A DNA stretch of 63,911 nt, counting the filler. It is 8 parts of 8 records of this genome, joined end to end, with 100 filler letters (N's around TTAATTAATTAA, not from the genome) between each part and the next. Parts side by side here need not be neighbours in the genome. Positions count along the whole stretch, not along the records: positions 50,877 to 58,658 come from SRR31156797_11402; positions 58,759 to 63,911 come from SRR31156797_11427; 6 more parts are not named here. One strand, given 5' to 3'. Below the pieces are notes generated by a model. It was given only the letters and a program-made list of their open reading frames with translations, did no database searches and was not told the DNA's origin. Position 1 is the stretch's first letter, and each line of letters begins with the position of its first letter. Of the stretch, positions 50,877-60,786 are shown piece by piece. The position numbers were made by a program, and so were the translations under genes.

Positions 50877-51413
50877 CTCAGGATCGTATGATAAGTGACG
50901 TGAGCCGGTAACGCCTGCGTCAGCGGCAATTGGAAATGTAGATACCAGCGTCTGGTTGGCGAGGTCTAACTGAGCAATGCTCATTCCTCCGCTGGGAGCG
51001 CCATAGAAATACTGACCATCATAGGCAAGGTCTCTGATGGCTGCAGCTGAAGAAATTGTAAATGACTCGATAAAGTTACCATCCATATCGTACTTGTCAA
51101 ATACTCCAGCACCATTCCAGTAAGTCATGTAGAAGTTGTCGCCGTCAGTAGCAACAGCCTGACATGATGGAGCCTGTGCACTAAAGGTATACAATACATC
51201 CCACTGATCATCAGTGTTGTTTCCTACCTTCTGCGCCCCCATCGGCGATTGATCGGTTACCGTACTTTCCATAGTACGTACCACCTTTTCCTTAGCGGCC
51301 TGCTTCATGGCATTGTCTTTCATCGCCATTTTAGCAGTAGTGGTTGATTGACTAAAAACTGTTGTTGAACCGATAAACAGTAACAACAGTAATAAACTTG
51401 TAACTCTTCTCAT
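50877..51413 (-). CDS. Secreted beta-propeller-like protein, N-terminal part (3' truncated)
   Basis: Signal peptide; repeats ATDGDNFY, RDLAYDGQYFYG, RHLSYDP. Confidence 0.7.
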
Positions 51414-52647
51414 AAACGTTAGGTTTTAATTAATAAATTAGTGAACTTAAAAATTTGAAAATTAAATTTTTATACTCTTTTTGTAAAAATGAAAAACAAT
51501 GCTAATCCGGATGTGCTCCATCCGGCAATACGGTAAGAATGGAAATTTTGAGCGTAAAATTTTCACCATACATGTAATTCTCCTTAATCTGTGCAAATAT
51601 ATAAAAAATCCGTCAAAATCAAATCATAAATCTGATGAGGAATTAAACAACCAATAGGCTGTTTATTAATACTTTATAAATTCTCAACACTTTTTTAATC
51701 GTCCCCATCGAATCTAAAATTCAATTTTCTCAAATCTAAATATTGCATTCACAAAAAAAGAAGATTTTGGTAATTATTTCTATTGATTTTATGATAATTA
51801 ACAATATTTAACAGGCTTATAGATATAATGGTTTTCATTTATTGGCGGGGGCTGGCGTCATAGTATCCGTAAATTCCCCCTTAGAAGCTGGTAATATTCA
51901 GGGTTACGCATATTCACACTGTAGTGCAAAGGAAACATTCAAGTAACTCCATCCTGATAAAACACGGATGGACAAGCGTTTCAACAGGTTGTGCGATTTT
52001 GGGTTAAAAATCGAACATACATTCGACAGCCTGACATAGGTAACAGATGTTACTTCGTTAAAAACTATTAAAAGATTTGATGTGTTGATGGATAAATCAA
52101 ATCAAATTCAGTGTATGAACCATGTTTGTTCAATATCTCGCCCCAGCCCCAAAACAGTATTAGCCCCGGTCATTTCGGTACGCACAGGTGTATCATGGAG
52201 AGATCACAATACCGCCAGAAAGTATATTCTGGCAGGGTTCAAAAAACAAAATAATGCATTCGTTTGATTGGCTTTATAAATATTTGTGAGCAAATTACAT
52301 ATTTGCAACTTGCTCATTGCTATTTGGATTAGAAATGATTTCATGACCAAATTCACAGATTGATATTTCCACTTTTACGATCACCGGTTTCCTAACCTGA
52401 AACGTCTAGATCTATGTTTCACAGTACATACATCGCCGACAACACACCAAGAAATTATCTGCCCGACAAAACCCGGGTCAGTAAATAATGATTTGAACAG
52501 GCTATAAAATTATTTAATGGTGATTATTATAAAACCTAACTCTGGATTTACAAAATTCCTCCGCGTAAAAAATCCAGGGGTTGGTTCTGCTATTGGTGTC
52601 GGTAAAAATCTTGTACATTTGCGCGCAAATTAACGAATGTAGCATTT

Positions 52648-53385
52648 ATGGATGTTGATATATTCATACCATGTTTTATCGACCAGCTTTATCCCGAAAC
52701 AGGATTTAACATGGTCAAGATCCTTGAAAAACTGGGTGTTAAGGTTCATTACAACGCAAACCAAACCTGTTGTGGGCAAATGGCTTTTAACAGTGGATTT
52801 TGGGAGGAGGCCAGAGAACTTGGTGTGAAGTTTTTAAAAGATTTTCCCGGCGAAAGGCCGGTTGTAAGTCCATCAGCCTCCTGCGTTGGATACGTGAGGA
52901 ATTATTACGAAAAGCTTTTTCACAACACCCCATGGCACCTTGAAAACAAGAAGGTCAGCACCAACATATACGAATTCACTGACTTTGTTGTGAATGTGCT
53001 GAAGGTTGATCAAATCCCCGCCAAATTCCGGGCCATAGTCACTTATCATGATTCATGTGCTGCGCTCAGGGAATACCACCTGTCGCCAGAAGTACCCAGA
53101 AAGCTATTGAAAGGCGTTGAAGGCATTGAGCTGGTAGAAATGGAAAAAACCACTGAATGCTGTGGATTTGGAGGAACCTTCGCGGTAAAACATGAAGCCA
53201 TATCAACTGCAATGGCTGAACAGAAAGTACATCATGCACTCGATACAGGTGCTGAATATATCGTATCAACTGATGCTTCGTGCCTGTTACACCAGGAAGG
53301 ATATATCAAAAAGCATAATCTGAACGTCAAAACAAAACATATTATAGATTTGATTGCTGAGGGGATGGAGGGAGAAGAGTTGTGA
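52648..53385 (+). CDS. CCG-domain Fe-S protein (LutA/YkgE-like)
   Basis: FIPCFIDQ, QTCCGQ, YHDSC, ECCGFGGTFAVK, DASCL; Bacteroidota -7 motif TACATTTG about 27 nt upstream. Confidence 0.9.
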   Translation: MDVDIFIPCFIDQLYPETGFNMVKILEKLGVKVHYNANQTCCGQMAFNSGFWEEARELGVKFLKDFPGERPVVSPSASCVGYVRNYYEKLFHNTPWHLENKKVSTNIYEFTDFVVNVLKVDQIPAKFRAIVTYHDSCAALREYHLSPEVPRKLLKGVEGIELVEMEKTTECCGFGGTFAVKHEAISTAMAEQKVHHALDTGAEYIVSTDASCLLHQEGYIKKHNLNVKTKHIIDLIAEGMEGEEL

Positions 53386-53549
53386 GAGGTGAGTTGTGAG
53401 TTACGAATTTTGAATTTAGAGTTACGAATCCAGAGTTTAGAATTTATGCCAAAGGCATTCCTTCGGGAGAGTTACGAATTTGGAAATTGGAGTTGTAAGT
53501 AAAAAAGCAGGAAGTAGAAAGTAAGAAGTAGAGAGTAAGAAGTATGAAG
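53379..53549 (+). repeat. Degenerate heptamer tandem repeats with an embedded small palindrome
   Basis: GTTGTGA GTTACGA ATTTTGA ATTTAGA GTTACGA.. then AGTAGAA AGTAAGA AGTAGAG AGTAAGA; interrupted by TGCCAAAGGCA-TTCCTTCGGGA. Confidence 0.7.
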
Positions 53550-53670
53550 AGGTTAATATGTGAAACTATCAATAAAGTAAAAGGTAATACCCTTTTCGTT
53601 TGATGTGGAAACCTTAAGAAAATCAAGTTGTTTAAAATAATCTGATAAGGCGTTTTAAAACCCAATTATA

Positions 53671-54585
53671 ATGAAAAAACCCAACAATTTTGCCCTGATC
53701 GGAGCAGCTGGTTACATCGCCCCCAGGCATATGAAAGCCATTAAAGAAACGGGCAACAACCTGGTAGCAGCCCTGGACCCCTATGATTGTGTTGGAATTA
53801 TGGACAGCTATTTTCCCGATGCAGACTTTTTTACAGAACCGGAGCGCTTCGACCGCCATCTTGACAAGCTTCGGCGAAAAAATGAAGGTAACCAGATCCA
53901 GTATGTCAGTATCTGTTCTCCAAATTACCTGCATGATGCACATATCCGTTTAGCGCTTCGAAATGATTGCCACGCTATTTGCGAAAAACCCATTGTACTC
54001 AACCCATGGAACGTTGACGGACTCCAGGAAATCGAAAAAGAAAGTGGCCAAAAAATTTATACCATCCTCCAGCTGCGCCATCATCCATCAATCATTGAAC
54101 TTAAAAAAATGGTTGATGAAGGCCCTAAAAACAAAATTTACAATATTGACCTGACTTATTTCACCAGCCGTGGCCGTTGGTATTTTATCAGTTGGAAAGG
54201 CGATATTCAAAAGTCGGGTGGCGTAGCTACCAATATTGGTGTTCATTTTTTTGATATGCTGGGCTGGATATTTGGAAAGGTAGTTGACCTGCATGTTACC
54301 CAATCCAAACCTGAAAAAGTCAGTGGATATCTCGAACTGGAGCAGGCACGGGTAAAATGGGCACTAAGCCTCGACTATAATGATATTCCAAAAAAAGTCA
54401 GGGAAAAAGGGCAAAGAACCTACAGGTCAATCAAGATAGAAGGTAAGGAGATCGAATTTAGTGGTGGGTTTACCGACCTGCACACCATTGCTTACCAAAA
54501 TATACTGGACGGGAATGGCTTTGGCCTCGAAGATGCCAGAAACAGCATCAACATTGTTCATCAGATCAGAAATACAAAAGTTTAA
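53671..54585 (+). CDS. wbpB: Gfo/Idh/MocA oxidoreductase, WbpB-like UDP-GlcNAcA 3-dehydrogenase
   Basis: FALIGAAGYIAPRHMKAI, CSPNYLHDAH, CEKP, NIGVHFFDML, FSGGFTDLHT. Confidence 0.88.
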   Translation: MKKPNNFALIGAAGYIAPRHMKAIKETGNNLVAALDPYDCVGIMDSYFPDADFFTEPERFDRHLDKLRRKNEGNQIQYVSICSPNYLHDAHIRLALRNDCHAICEKPIVLNPWNVDGLQEIEKESGQKIYTILQLRHHPSIIELKKMVDEGPKNKIYNIDLTYFTSRGRWYFISWKGDIQKSGGVATNIGVHFFDMLGWIFGKVVDLHVTQSKPEKVSGYLELEQARVKWALSLDYNDIPKKVREKGQRTYRSIKIEGKEIEFSGGFTDLHTIAYQNILDGNGFGLEDARNSINIVHQIRNTKV

Positions 54586-54599
54586 AGGGGTTAACTCTT

Positions 54600-55154
54600 A
54601 TGGACAAATCCAGGGATGTAACATATACGATCAAATCGATAAAAAAACCACCGGATACCAGGCGGTACTGGCGTGTTTTATATACCCAGCCGCGTGCTGA
54701 AAAGAAAGTATTTGAACGATTTGGCGAAGCAGACATCGAAGCCTATTTACCCCTGTATACAACGATCCGTCAATGGAGCGACAGAAAAAAAAAGGTTGAA
54801 TTGCCGCTATTCAACTCCTACATCTTTGTGAAGGTTAACGAATCTGAACGGCTCCGGGCACTTGAAGTGGATGGTGTGGTAAGATACGTTTATTACCTGG
54901 GTAAGCCGGCACTGGTCAGGCAAAAAGAGATTGATGCTATTGAGCGATTCCTGAATAAAACCGAAGGGCTTAAAATCAGGGTTGAACAGGGCGACCAGGT
55001 TGAAATTGCTTCAGGGCCCATGGAGGGTGTTTACGGCAAAGTGATCCGGGTGAGCAAAGAAAAACTGGTATTACGCATTGAGCAGTTGAACATGTCGCTG
55101 GTTGCAGAGGTTGATAAAACACAGGTAAGAAAGCCATTGAGAAAAGAAGGATAA
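54600..55154 (+). CDS. UpxY family (NusG-like) transcription antiterminator
   Basis: WRVLYTQPRAEKKV, QWSDRKKKVELPLFNSYIFV, KOW motif GDQVEIASGPMEG. Confidence 0.93.
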   Translation: MDKSRDVTYTIKSIKKPPDTRRYWRVLYTQPRAEKKVFERFGEADIEAYLPLYTTIRQWSDRKKKVELPLFNSYIFVKVNESERLRALEVDGVVRYVYYLGKPALVRQKEIDAIERFLNKTEGLKIRVEQGDQVEIASGPMEGVYGKVIRVSKEKLVLRIEQLNMSLVAEVDKTQVRKPLRKEG

Positions 55155-55157
55155 AAC

Positions 55158-56939
55158 ATGCTGACATACGAAGGAATAATTGTTCTTGTTGTAATCCTGT
55201 TCATTATCATTTCACTGTATACTGATCTGATAGGGCCTGCATATACATTTATCGCGGGCATTATCATACTGGGGTTATTCGGAATACTTACGCCTTCTGA
55301 AATTTTAAGTGGATTTGCCAACGAACAAATCCTCATCATCCTGATGCTATTGATGATTGGTGAGATGATCAGAAATACCGGTGTGCTTGAGGGTTTTTTT
55401 GATCGAATTTTTAAAAGTGCAAAAACCTACCGGGGATTTCTTGGCAGGATGGTTTTAAGTGTTTCCACCTTTTCTGCCTTTTTGAACAACACACCTTTGG
55501 TAGCCATCCTGATGCCCTATGTAAATACCTGGAGCATACGTAACAAAATCAGTCCCTCAAAGCTGCTGATTCCCCTGTCGTTTGCCGCTATCCTGGGTGG
55601 TTGTGCCACCCTGATCGGCACATCAACCAACCTGATTGTAAATGGTTTGGTTCAGGCGCAAACCATTATTCCCGGATTCAATACATTTAACATTTTCGAT
55701 TTTATCTGGGCCGGCATTCCCATGATCATTATTGGAGGTGTGTTTTTGGTCATCTTCAGCTACCGGCTTTTACCGGATAAAAGGGATGTGATGAATGATT
55801 TCGTGGAAAACACCCGCAGCTACCTTGTACATACCCGGATCAGGGAAGGATCAACACTTCCCGGCAAAACAGTAGCAGAAGCCGGAATGCGTAACCTCGA
55901 AGGGTTGTTTCTGGCTGAAATAATCCGAAAAGATGCACATATCGGACCTGTTAACCCAAATGCCCGGCTACGAAATGATGACATCCTTGTGTTTGCCGGC
56001 GAAACCAACACCATTGCGGAACTCGTTAAAACCAAATCAGGGCTCGAACTTGCCGAACTGGGAATGTACAGCAGGAAGGATCATACAGAGGCCATAGAGG
56101 TAGTGATATCCCACAATTCGGCACTGATGGGCAATACGGTTAAAGACTCTATGTTCAGGAGTAAATTTGATGCCGCCGTTGTTGCCGTTCACCGGAATGG
56201 GGAACGGATTACAGGTAAGATAGGGACGGTAAAGCTTAGAGCAGGCGACGTTTTATTGCTTGTGGCAGGAAGCGACTTCAACAAACTCAGCCGCAATACC
56301 CAGGATTTTTACCTGATATCAAGGGTGAGAGACTACCGCCGGACAAAACCTTATGAGCCGGCCTTGCTTATCGGTGGACTTATCCTGGCCATAATCCTAT
56401 CGGCAACCAAATTAGTGTCTTTATTTCTTTCACTGGCGGTTTTAATTACAGCAGCTCTATTGCTTAAACTGATCAATCAAAAAGAATTACCCAAAACCAT
56501 CGATTTTAACCTGGCCATCATCATTGCCATGTCGCTGGCCCTGGGTCAGGCCATGATAAAATCAGGCGTGGCAAACCATATCGGTTATTTTCTTGTAGAT
56601 TTTTTGATGCCGCTGGGTAAACTTACAATCTTATTCGGCATATATATTATATCTGCACTGCTAAGTGCATACGTTACCAATAAGGCTGCGGTTGCCATCC
56701 TGTTTCCCATTGTACTTACTATTTCAATAAAGATGGGTGTTGATCCATTGCCGTTGGTATTAGTAATGACCTATGCTGCGGCAGCTAGTTTTCTTACACC
56801 CATCGGGTACCAGACAAACCTGATGGTATATGGGCCTGGAGGATATAATTTTAAGGATTTTTTAAAAATTGGATTGCCTTTAACCTTAATATATATGTTT
56901 GTATCTGTATTAATTATCTATGCACTTTACTTATGGTAA
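55158..56939 (+). CDS. SLC13/TrkA-C permease (probable sulfate transporter)
   Basis: SAFLNNTP, TLIGTSTN, two TrkA-C domains, TPIGYQTNLMVYGPG; upstream of cysC/cysD. Confidence 0.9.
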   Translation: MLTYEGIIVLVVILFIIISLYTDLIGPAYTFIAGIIILGLFGILTPSEILSGFANEQILIILMLLMIGEMIRNTGVLEGFFDRIFKSAKTYRGFLGRMVLSVSTFSAFLNNTPLVAILMPYVNTWSIRNKISPSKLLIPLSFAAILGGCATLIGTSTNLIVNGLVQAQTIIPGFNTFNIFDFIWAGIPMIIIGGVFLVIFSYRLLPDKRDVMNDFVENTRSYLVHTRIREGSTLPGKTVAEAGMRNLEGLFLAEIIRKDAHIGPVNPNARLRNDDILVFAGETNTIAELVKTKSGLELAELGMYSRKDHTEAIEVVISHNSALMGNTVKDSMFRSKFDAAVVAVHRNGERITGKIGTVKLRAGDVLLLVAGSDFNKLSRNTQDFYLISRVRDYRRTKPYEPALLIGGLILAIILSATKLVSLFLSLAVLITAALLLKLINQKELPKTIDFNLAIIIAMSLALGQAMIKSGVANHIGYFLVDFLMPLGKLTILFGIYIISALLSAYVTNKAAVAILFPIVLTISIKMGVDPLPLVLVMTYAAAASFLTPIGYQTNLMVYGPGGYNFKDFLKIGLPLTLIYMFVSVLIIYALYLW

Positions 56940-57023
56940 AAATATTATTTATAAAACTTTCATAAAATCAGGGAAGAATCGATACAATAACATTTAGAAA
57001 AATATCTTTAACAACTATTGATA

Positions 57024-57638
57024 ATGAAATTAATTGAAGATAATAACATCCACCCGGTCTTTGATCAGATCATGACCAGAGAAGACAAGGAATGCCTTTT
57101 GAGGCAAAGGTCTAAAGTAATCTGGTTTACCGGTTTGTCAGGTGCCGGAAAAACCACCCTGGCCAAGGAACTGGAAAAAAGACTCCATCGTAACGGATAT
57201 CTGACGCAGGTGCTTGATGGCGACAACATCCGGACAGGCATTAATAATAACCTGGGATTTAGCGAAGAAGACCGGCACGAAAACATCCGCCGCATTGCTG
57301 AGGTTTCCAAACTACTCACAAACAGCGGTGTAATCACCATCAACAGTTTCATCAGCCCAACCAGTGAAATCAGGCACATGGCTATGGATGTCATCGGCAA
57401 AGAAAACTTTATCGAGATCCATGTGCATGCCCCCCTCGAAGTTTGTGAAAAGCGCGATGTTAAAGGCCTTTACAAAAAAGCCAGGGAAGGCAAGATTAAG
57501 AATTTTACCGGAATAGACGCTCCATTTGAGGAACCAAAAAATCCTGATATTAAAGTAGATACATCTAAGCTAACCGTTGAAGCATGTATCGAAGAAATTG
57601 TTAAAGTTATACTACCAAAAATCACCTACTGGACATGA
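57024..57638 (+). CDS. cysC: Adenylyl-sulfate kinase
   Basis: [39 protein letters not shown]. Confidence 0.96.
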   Translation: MKLIEDNNIHPVFDQIMTREDKECLLRQRSKVIWFTGLSGAGKTTLAKELEKRLHRNGYLTQVLDGDNIRTGINNNLGFSEEDRHENIRRIAEVSKLLTNSGVITINSFISPTSEIRHMAMDVIGKENFIEIHVHAPLEVCEKRDVKGLYKKAREGKIKNFTGIDAPFEEPKNPDIKVDTSKLTVEACIEEIVKVILPKITYWT

Positions 57639-58543
57639 ACGGATTTAAACTTACACATTTACAGGAACTGGAAGCAGAAGCCATCCACATCATCCGTGAA
57701 GTAGCTGCGGAATTCGAAAATCCCGTGATGCTCTATTCCATCGGAAAGGACTCATCCGTTATGGTACGCCTGGCCGAAAAAGCCTTTTATCCGGGAAAAG
57801 TACCATTCCCTTTAATGCACATCGATTCCAAATGGAAATTCAGGGAGATGACCGAATTCCGGGACAGATATGCCAAAGAAAAAGGCTGGGATCTCATCGT
57901 CCATTATAATAAGGAAGGCTTTGAAAGCGGAGTTGGCCCTTTCACACATGGCAGCAAGGTCCATACGGATATTATGAAAACCCAGGCATTGTTGGCCGGC
58001 CTTACAAAATACGGCTTCGATGCAGCGTTTGGTGGTGCCCGCCGCGATGAAGAAAAGTCACGCGCCAAGGAACGTATTTTCTCCTTCCGCGATCGTTTTC
58101 ATCAGTGGGATCCGAAAAATCAACGCCCTGAGTTATGGAATATTTACAATGCCAAAGTCCATAAGGGTGAGTCAATCCGTGTATTCCCGCTTTCCAACTG
58201 GACTGAGTTGGATATCTGGCAGTACATCCGTCTGGAAAACATCCCGATTGTACCGCTTTATTATGCCAAAGAACGCCCTATTGTTGAGTACAACGGAGCA
58301 CTTGTGCTGGTTGATGACGAAAGGATGCCCAAAGATTTGGCAGCAACGGCCAAAATGAGGATGGTCAGGTTTAGAACCCTGGGTTGTTATCCGCTCACCG
58401 GTGCCGTAGAATCAGAAGCCGATACCATCGAAAAGATCGTGGAAGAAATGATGACCACCACCAAATCAGAGCGCACTACCCGCGTCATCGACTTCGACCA
58501 GGATGGCAGCATGGAGCAGAAGAAGAGGGAAGGGTATTTCTAA
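57635..58543 (+). CDS. cysD: Sulfate adenylyltransferase subunit 2
   Basis: [52 protein letters not shown]. Confidence 0.97.
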   Translation: MNGFKLTHLQELEAEAIHIIREVAAEFENPVMLYSIGKDSSVMVRLAEKAFYPGKVPFPLMHIDSKWKFREMTEFRDRYAKEKGWDLIVHYNKEGFESGVGPFTHGSKVHTDIMKTQALLAGLTKYGFDAAFGGARRDEEKSRAKERIFSFRDRFHQWDPKNQRPELWNIYNAKVHKGESIRVFPLSNWTELDIWQYIRLENIPIVPLYYAKERPIVEYNGALVLVDDERMPKDLAATAKMRMVRFRTLGCYPLTGAVESEADTIEKIVEEMMTTTKSERTTRVIDFDQDGSMEQKKREGYF

Positions 58544-58599
58544 GCGTGATTGAGGGGGCAGAGTTTTAGCGCAGTGGAGTGATGTGTGAATGGAGTAAT

Positions 58600-58658
58600 G
58601 TTGGTATGTAATTGGTAATTGGTGATTTGTAATTGGTAATTAGTAATTGGTGATTGGT
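58600..58658 (+). repeat. Heptamer tandem repeat (TTGGTAA-type) at contig end
   Basis: TTGGTAA TTGGTGA TTTGTAA TTGGTAA TTAGTAA TTGGTGA. Confidence 0.75.
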
Positions 58659-58758
58659 NNNNNNNNNNNNNNNNNNNNNNNNNNNNNNNNNNNNNNNNNN
58701 NNTTAATTAATTAANNNNNNNNNNNNNNNNNNNNNNNNNNNNNNNNNNNNNNNNNNNN
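58659..58758. other. Artificial contig spacer
   Basis: N run with TTAATTAATTAA. Confidence 0.98.
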
Positions 58759-58825
58759 CTGCGCTTACCTCTCCGCACGATCAGGCAGTAAAATATAGCA
58801 TTACTATAATTATCCAGCTTATTTG

Positions 58826-59383
58826 TTATTTATTTTTTGCAGAGGTTTTATCAACTGCTCTTTGTTGCAGCTCAAGAATAAAGAGCCATCCGTAATCGCA
58901 TGCTGCAGCAAAACTGAGAAAGGTTGCAGTCCACAGTATTGGTTCCTTTCCCCCGGTGGTAAGTGAGAGTGTGAGCAGCACCATAAACTGAGCGGCTGTT
59001 GCAGTTTTTCCAGACCATCTTACTTCCATTTTCTTAAAAGACTCCCACGACCTGATACTAACGGCATATATGGCTGTACCTGCGACCAGAAGATCGCGCA
59101 TCACCAGCAAAGGTACCCACCAGAGGGAAAATATGCCGCTGCCGGCGAGGGTGAGTAGGGCGACGAGGACAAACAGTTTGTCGGCTACGGCGTCGATAAT
59201 GCCACCCAGCCAGCTCTGCACTTGCCAGCGTCTGGCAAGCCATCCATCAAGGATATCGCTACTTCCACCGATAATTATCAGCCAGAACCAGTACGTTGCA
59301 GGAAAGAAGGGGAAAAGAGCGGCAAGGAGAAGCCGGAGTGATGAAAGTAAGTTAGGGATAAAACGTATGTATCTAGTTGTCAT
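58826..59383 (-). CDS. CDP-alcohol phosphatidyltransferase family protein
   Basis: IPNLLSSLR, SDILDGWLARR..GGIIDAVADK; ATG at 59383 with GGAG RBS. Confidence 0.9.
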   Translation of the reverse strand: MTTRYIRFIPNLLSSLRLLLAALFPFFPATYWFWLIIIGGSSDILDGWLARRWQVQSWLGGIIDAVADKLFVLVALLTLAGSGIFSLWWVPLLVMRDLLVAGTAIYAVSIRSWESFKKMEVRWSGKTATAAQFMVLLTLSLTTGGKEPILWTATFLSFAAACDYGWLFILELQQRAVDKTSAKNK

Positions 59384-59520
59384 AGAACAACTCCATGGCA
59401 TCACTGCTGGCTGTTGGCCAATAATGGCTGCTTTGCCCTATCGATTCGTATTTTTTAGCTTTTTTCCCTCTTTTGTGCAAGTGGCACTGTTTGCTTGGCT
59501 ATTTGGAGTTGTCAGTCAGT

Positions 59521-60207
59521 TTACCAAAGTTGCCAGCTTCCGGTAAGGGACACGTATGCTGCAAGGGAAAGGTTGGTAACCCCATGTGCAATAATGCAGG
59601 CGATCAGGTCTTTTTGCCTGATCAGCAAAAAGGACATTAATAAGCCATAGGCGATTGCTGCTGGCCACTCCGGTATTCCATGGCCGATCATGAAGACCAG
59701 GGTGGAGATGATAACCGCTGCCCATGACCATTCTCCGGGTTTGAGGTCATTGATGGAACGTTCATGCAGAGCTGTGTAGAGGGGATCACTAATTTTTCCC
59801 CTACGGCATTGATCCCACTGGAGCGCTAGGCGAAAGGCGAACCCTCTAATCATTATCTCTTCAAAAACAGGGACAAGTAATCCGGCGGAGAATACACGTA
59901 AGACAAAACCGCTGTGCGACCATGGGGTTGCGTCGGCAGCTTCAGTGAAGGGAAGGAGGAGGAGTACCCAGGCGGCGCAGCCGACTATGCCATAGACTCC
60001 CCCTTGCAGCATGGATGAAATCAGAGACTTGCTCCCGGTAAGTGGGATGAACCATCGCCATCCCCAGATAAGCAGGCCTGTGGCAGCCAAGATACGAAGA
60101 ATATAATTTATCTCGTCAGATACAACATCTCCGAGCAGGGAGGCAATGACTACATAGGCAAAATAGGGAGCTGCATACGGAAGCAGTAGGCTGCGGTTTG
60201 TAATCAT
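59521..60207 (-). CDS. CAAX prenyl protease-related (CPBP) membrane protease
   Basis: PYAAPY, LVPVFEEIMIRG, FMIGH, CIIAHGVTN. Confidence 0.88.
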   Translation of the reverse strand: MITNRSLLLPYAAPYFAYVVIASLLGDVVSDEINYILRILAATGLLIWGWRWFIPLTGSKSLISSMLQGGVYGIVGCAAWVLLLLPFTEAADATPWSHSGFVLRVFSAGLLVPVFEEIMIRGFAFRLALQWDQCRRGKISDPLYTALHERSINDLKPGEWSWAAVIISTLVFMIGHGIPEWPAAIAYGLLMSFLLIRQKDLIACIIAHGVTNLSLAAYVSLTGSWQLW

Positions 60208-60485
60208 TTTTGATCGGAACCATCTTCGGCAGGGGCGCCTGCACTGTTTTGTTCCTTCTTCTTTTTTTCTTCAGCGTAAGTTTTTTCCCGTTTACGGGTA
60301 CGGATAAAATCAATCACTGCCCAAGGGAGCAGTATGCCCCCGGCAATTCTGTTGAACAAAAGATGCTCCTGCATGTTAGGGTCGGACGTCAACCAGCCGT
60401 CATAGAGGCACCAGACTCCAAAAAAAGCCAGAATAGCGGGGAAAACAAACGGGCCAATTTCAGGTGGTTTCGATTTAGGTGGCAT
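60204..60485 (-). CDS. Small two-TM hypothetical protein coupled to the CAAX protease
   Basis: Two hydrophobic helices and a basic tail; ATGA overlap with the protease gene. Confidence 0.7.
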   Translation of the reverse strand: MPPKSKPPEIGPFVFPAILAFFGVWCLYDGWLTSDPNMQEHLLFNRIAGGILLPWAVIDFIRTRKREKTYAEEKKKKEQNSAGAPAEDGSDQK

Positions 60486-60786
60486 ATTTTGTCCTTGCTA
60501 GATTTGAACGTGATTAATTGTATGGGTGATCATGCAATATGGTCGCTTGATTTGCGTCTATACTTTGCGCGTGAGAGGAGTTAAGGGGCTTTTTGTGGTT
60601 CTCAAGGGTGCTTATGTCAGCTGTTGTGCATAAAAGAGGAAAAGATTTTCCATTTTTCTCTTAAAAAAAGAGCATACTTACAGTTGGTCTCCTATCATGT
60701 ATTTATGCTACTGTAAGGGAAGAAAGTCTGCAACCAGTCCCAGTGAGTTATTTTATGAGTTTATCCATTTCCAGGTGCACAACTCC

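Noticed and set aside
51844-52152. tmRNA-like GGGGCTG..CAGCCCC ends
   Set aside because: No T-arm (GTTCRA), no CCA context and no recognisable tag reading frame.
5506-58758. Seven identical TTAATTAATTAA motifs within N runs, and any gene linkage across them
   Set aside because: These are artificial concatenation linkers. GC content and apparent taxonomy change at most of them, so cross-spacer neighbourhoods and ORFs reading into X residues have no biological meaning.
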